A DNA stretch of 32,000 bases from Kineococcus radiotolerans SRS30216 = ATCC BAA-149 (GTDB lineage Bacteria; Actinomycetota; Actinomycetes; Actinomycetales; Kineococcaceae), in NCBI RefSeq assembly GCF_000017305.1, contig NC_009664.2:1770001-1802000 (forward strand). The letters are read 5' to 3'. Below, one piece after another: positions 29,213-32,000 of the stretch. Both the position numbers and the translations under genes were made by a program. Each line of letters begins with the position of its first letter. Position 1 is the stretch's first letter. The notes under the pieces are model-generated. The model did no database searches and was not told the origin of the DNA. It was given only the letters and a program-made list of their open reading frames with translations.

Positions 29213-31284
29213 CGGGCACCGGCCCCGGCCGGGACGGGCGAGGGCAGCCGGGGCGCGAGGTGCTCGCGCAGCCTCTGCTGCACGACCTCGGGGGAGGTGG
29301 AGGCGTCGAGGACGAGGTAGCGGGCGGGGTCGCGGGCGGCGAGCAGCAGGAACTGCTCGCGGACCCGGGCGTGGAAGGCCTGCGACTCCGCCTCCATCCG
29401 GTCGTCGGCGGCGCGCCCGGCGCGGCGGCGGGCGGCGGTGGCGGGGTCGACGTCGAGGACGACGGTGAGGTCCGGCAGCAGCCCCTGCGTGGCCCACGTC
29501 GACAGCGTCTCGACCTCCGCGGCGGGCAGGTCGCGGCCGGCGCCCTGGTAGGCCAGGGAGGAGTCGACGTAGCGGTCGGTGAGGACGACCGCGCCCCGGT
29601 CCAGGCCCGGGCGCACGACCTCCGCGACGTGCTGGGCGCGGTCGGCGGCGAACAGCAGCGCCTCGGCGCGCGGGCTCAGCGGCTGCTCCTCGCCGCGGTG
29701 GTTCAGCAGCACCTCGCGCAGCTCGCGGCCGGTGGCGGTCCCGCCCGGTTCGCGGGTGACGACGACCTCGTGCCCGCGCTCGCGCAGCCACTCGGCCAGC
29801 AGCGTCGCCTGGGTCGTCTTGCCCGAGCCGTCGCCGCCCTCGAGGGCGACGAAGCAGCCCCCCGCCGGGCGGGGGGCGCGCACCGGCGCCACCTCGGCGG
29901 GGCCGTGCCGGCGCAGGGCCCGGACCAGGTCGGCCCACAGGGGGGTGCCGCGCCGGTCGTCCATCTGGCGCAGGGCCAGCACCCCCGCGACCCCGGTGAC
30001 CACGCCCGCGAGCGCCATGGCCAGCGCCGCCCCGGAGTAGGTGACCGACCAGTGCGGGCTGGGGGCCAGGGTCCGCTCCCCGAGGAACCGCGCCACCCAG
30101 GGGGCGACGAGCATGACGGCGATGATGACGACGCGGGTGCTGGAGCCGACGAAGGAGAACGTCCGCCCGCGCACGTCGTCGTCGACCTCCAGGCCCAGCA
30201 GCGTGTAGGCGGAGACGTAGGCGAGGCCGGTGAAGAGCCCCAGCGCGACGACGAACAGCGCGGCGACGACGATGTCGCCGACGAGGGCGACGAGGACGAG
30301 GGCCACCCCGGCCGCCGACAGGGCCAACCCGAAGGTCCGGCGCCGGCTCAGCCCCGACAGCCACCGCGGGCCCTGCCACACCCCGAGGGCGACCCCGGCG
30401 AAGACGGCCATGACGACGACGCCGTAGCCGGGGTCACCGGCCCCGAGGCCGGTGACGAAGGCCCGCCCGAGCCCGAGGACGACCCCGCCGGCGCCGAAGG
30501 CGACGAGCATGCCGAGCACCAGGCCCCGCAGCAGCGGGGAGCCCCCGACGAAGCGCCAGCCCTCGACGATGTCGCGCCCCAGGGTGGGGGCCAGCCCGCC
30601 CCGGCGCGGGCGCGGGGTGCGCGGGGGGATGTCCAGGCGGGCGATGACGAGCGCGGCGACGAGGAAGGTGGCGGCGTTGACGTACATCGCGAGGTCGGAC
30701 TGGTGACCGGCGAGGAAGGGCAGGGCGTTGTCGAGGACCCCGGTCAGCAGGGTCAGCAGGATGAAGGCGAGCCCGGCGACGGGGGCCGAGCCGTAGGTGG
30801 CGACGAGGCTGATCCGGTTGGCGGCCTCCAGCCGCTCCTCCGGCACCAGGTTGGGCACGGTGGCGTCCTTGGCCGGGCCCCAGAACAGCGTCACCAGCTC
30901 GATGAGCAGCGTCGCGACGAACAGCCAGGTGAGGCTGGCGACGATCGGGATGGAGAGGAAGAGCCCGAACCGCAGCACGTCCCCCACGACCATCGTCAGG
31001 CGGCGGTCGAGGCGGTCGGCGAGGGCCCCGGCCAGCGGCCCGAGCAGCGCCGCGGGGGCGAGCTGGAGGATGAAGACGGTGGAGACGGCCACGCTGGTCT
31101 GCGTCGCGTCCCCCACGGTGAGCCCCGCGGCCGTGCCCAGCTTGGCGAGCATGCCCAGCCAGTCCCCGAAGCTGGAGAGGGTGAGCGAGAGCCACATGCG
31201 GCGGAAGTCGGGGTGGTTCCGCAGCAGCGCCCGCACGTCGTGGTCCGGGGCCGCGGCGTGGGGCGTTGCTGCGGGTTCGGTCAC
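29209..31284 (-). CDS. tmk: Fusion protein: N-terminal MFS-type transporter domain plus C-terminal thymidylate (dTMP) kinase
   Basis: Last 691 codons of track ORF 29209..31962. The N-terminal ~450 aa are polytopic (FRRMWLSLTLSSFGDWLG, GALADRLDRR, about a dozen hydrophobic segments). The C-terminal ~210 aa read FVALEGGDGSGKTTQ (P-loop), TREPGGT and TDRYVDSSLAYQG. The frame is continuous. GTG 31284 overlaps the upstream stop (GTGA). Confidence 0.88.
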   Translation of the reverse strand: MTEPAATPHAAAPDHDVRALLRNHPDFRRMWLSLTLSSFGDWLGMLAKLGTAAGLTVGDATQTSVAVSTVFILQLAPAALLGPLAGALADRLDRRLTMVVGDVLRFGLFLSIPIVASLTWLFVATLLIELVTLFWGPAKDATVPNLVPEERLEAANRISLVATYGSAPVAGLAFILLTLLTGVLDNALPFLAGHQSDLAMYVNAATFLVAALVIARLDIPPRTPRPRRGGLAPTLGRDIVEGWRFVGGSPLLRGLVLGMLVAFGAGGVVLGLGRAFVTGLGAGDPGYGVVVMAVFAGVALGVWQGPRWLSGLSRRRTFGLALSAAGVALVLVALVGDIVVAALFVVALGLFTGLAYVSAYTLLGLEVDDDVRGRTFSFVGSSTRVVIIAVMLVAPWVARFLGERTLAPSPHWSVTYSGAALAMALAGVVTGVAGVLALRQMDDRRGTPLWADLVRALRRHGPAEVAPVRAPRPAGGCFVALEGGDGSGKTTQATLLAEWLRERGHEVVVTREPGGTATGRELREVLLNHRGEEQPLSPRAEALLFAADRAQHVAEVVRPGLDRGAVVLTDRYVDSSLAYQGAGRDLPAAEVETLSTWATQGLLPDLTVVLDVDPATAARRRAGRAADDRMEAESQAFHARVREQFLLLAARDPARYLVLDASTSPEVVQQRLREHLAPRLPSPVPAGAGAR

Positions 31285-32000
31285 GTCGCCAGGGTAGAGG
31301 CCGTGCCCGACAGCTCCGCGCGCTCGGCCACGGGCTGCGCGGGGTCCGCGACCGGGCCCGGGCGGGGGCGGGTGGCGCGCCGCTCCAGGGCGCGGGCCCC
31401 GCGCAGCAGCGGCTGCTCGACGACGCGGTGGGCGACGAGCCCCGCGACCTGGCAGCCGGCGAGGACGAGGAGGACGACGGCGAGCTGGAGCACCACCCCG
31501 GCGGCCCCGCCCGGGGTGGGCAGCACCGCGCTGACGACGACGGCGAGCAGCGTGACGAGGGGCACGTGGACGAGGTACAGGGCGTAGGAGGCGTCGCCGA
31601 GGCGGGCGAGCAGCGCGGGCACCCGCAGGCGGCCGTCGCGCTCCAGCCGGGCCAGGCCGGCGACCGCGAGGGCGGCACCGGTGCCGACGACGAGCGCACC
31701 GGCGGTGGCGTCGCGCAGCAGCGGCCCGTGCACCGACAGGTCGATCCAGGCGGGCACCAGCAGCGCCAGCCCGGCGGTGAGCAGCGCCCCGCCGTGGCCG
31801 CGGTGGCGCAGGACGAGGAGGCCGGCGGCGATGCCGAGCAGGAACTCGAGGTTGACGGGGTTGGTCGCGACCCGCCACCACGGGGAGCTCGCGTCGGGGA
31901 GGGCGAGGTGGCCGACGAGGACGAACGCCCCCCAGCCCACCAGCACGGCGCGGGCGGCCCACCGCCCGGCGCGGGCGGCGACCAGGGCGAGGGTGAAGAC
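31281..32000 (-). CDS. Acyltransferase family 3 (OafA-like) membrane protein, C-terminal part; 5' end beyond the right edge
   Basis: Track ORF 31281..31946. The frame stays open to base 32000 (VFTLALVAARAGRWAARA precedes the listed start). It is polytopic and contains LGDASYALYLVHVPL, typical of the last helices of acyltransferase-3 proteins. Confidence 0.7.
   Translation of the reverse strand, partial: VFTLALVAARAGRWAARAVLVGWGAFVLVGHLALPDASSPWWRVATNPVNLEFLLGIAAGLLVLRHRGHGGALLTAGLALLVPAWIDLSVHGPLLRDATAGALVVGTGAALAVAGLARLERDGRLRVPALLARLGDASYALYLVHVPLVTLLAVVVSAVLPTPGGAAGVVLQLAVVLLVLAGCQVAGLVAHRVVEQPLLRGARALERRATRPRPGPVADPAQPVAERAELSGTASTLAT

Noticed and set aside
26037-31587. ORFs 26037..27443 (-), 26405..28054 (+), 27486..29219 (-), 27903..29468 (+), 28058..29320 (+), 29260..31587 (+) and 30434..31699 (-), plus the N-terminal extensions of 28034..30379 and 29209..31962.
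   Set aside because: They are shadows of the S33 peptidase, holB and MFS-tmk genes. The real genes were delimited by family motifs and GTGA junctions.
1-32000. CRISPR arrays, IS elements, prophage genes and rRNA.
   Set aside because: I saw no regularly spaced direct repeats and no transposase, integrase or phage-like proteins in any frame. There is no rRNA-like sequence. The only tandem repeats seen are two 9-bp duplications and short operator-like repeats.

Overview
Very GC-rich chromosomal segment (roughly three quarters G+C by eye) that looks like Actinomycetota: a single-cysteine mycothiol-type ArsC, an MFS-Tmk fusion followed by holB, and a nearby tRNA-Thr. Because of the GC content, the ORF track is dominated by long Arg/Pro/Gly-rich shadow ORFs and by false 5' extensions. 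I called genes only where the protein sequence has recognisable family motifs and high GC3, and I re-derived starts by hand. I support about 31 CDS, two of them truncated by the window edges, plus one tRNA-Thr(CGU) and one decayed SDR gene remnant. From left to right the window holds: an AI-2E transporter (partial); a CitA/DcuS-type two-component pair divergent from dctA; metY-metX behind a long structured leader; a small orphan gene; an MDR-family dehydrogenase; a TM-HAMP-GGDEF-EAL protein; tRNA-Thr; an XRE-cupin regulator divergent from a His-rich methyltransferase / TrxR-like flavoprotein / alpha-beta hydrolase operon; an orphan HisKA_3 kinase; a PRISE-like SDR divergent from a second XRE-cupin regulator; an arsenic locus (acr3 divergent from arsR-arsC) with chrA translationally coupled to arsC, then an F420/NADP-reductase-like gene; a six-gene minus-strand cluster (TetR, methyltransferase, DUF2200, GNAT, small membrane protein, orphan); an SDR remnant; an S33 lipoprotein peptidase; holB; the MFS-tmk fusion; and an acyltransferase-3 gene (partial). 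I found no CRISPR array, rRNA, transposase, integrase or phage gene. I saw no clearly novel multi-gene system. The items most worth follow-up are the metY leader, the ArsR-linked chrA, the XRE-cupin / His-rich methyltransferase / CPYC flavoprotein operon, the TetR-headed six-gene cluster and the MFS-Tmk fusion. All family assignments come from motif recognition by eye, not from database searches.
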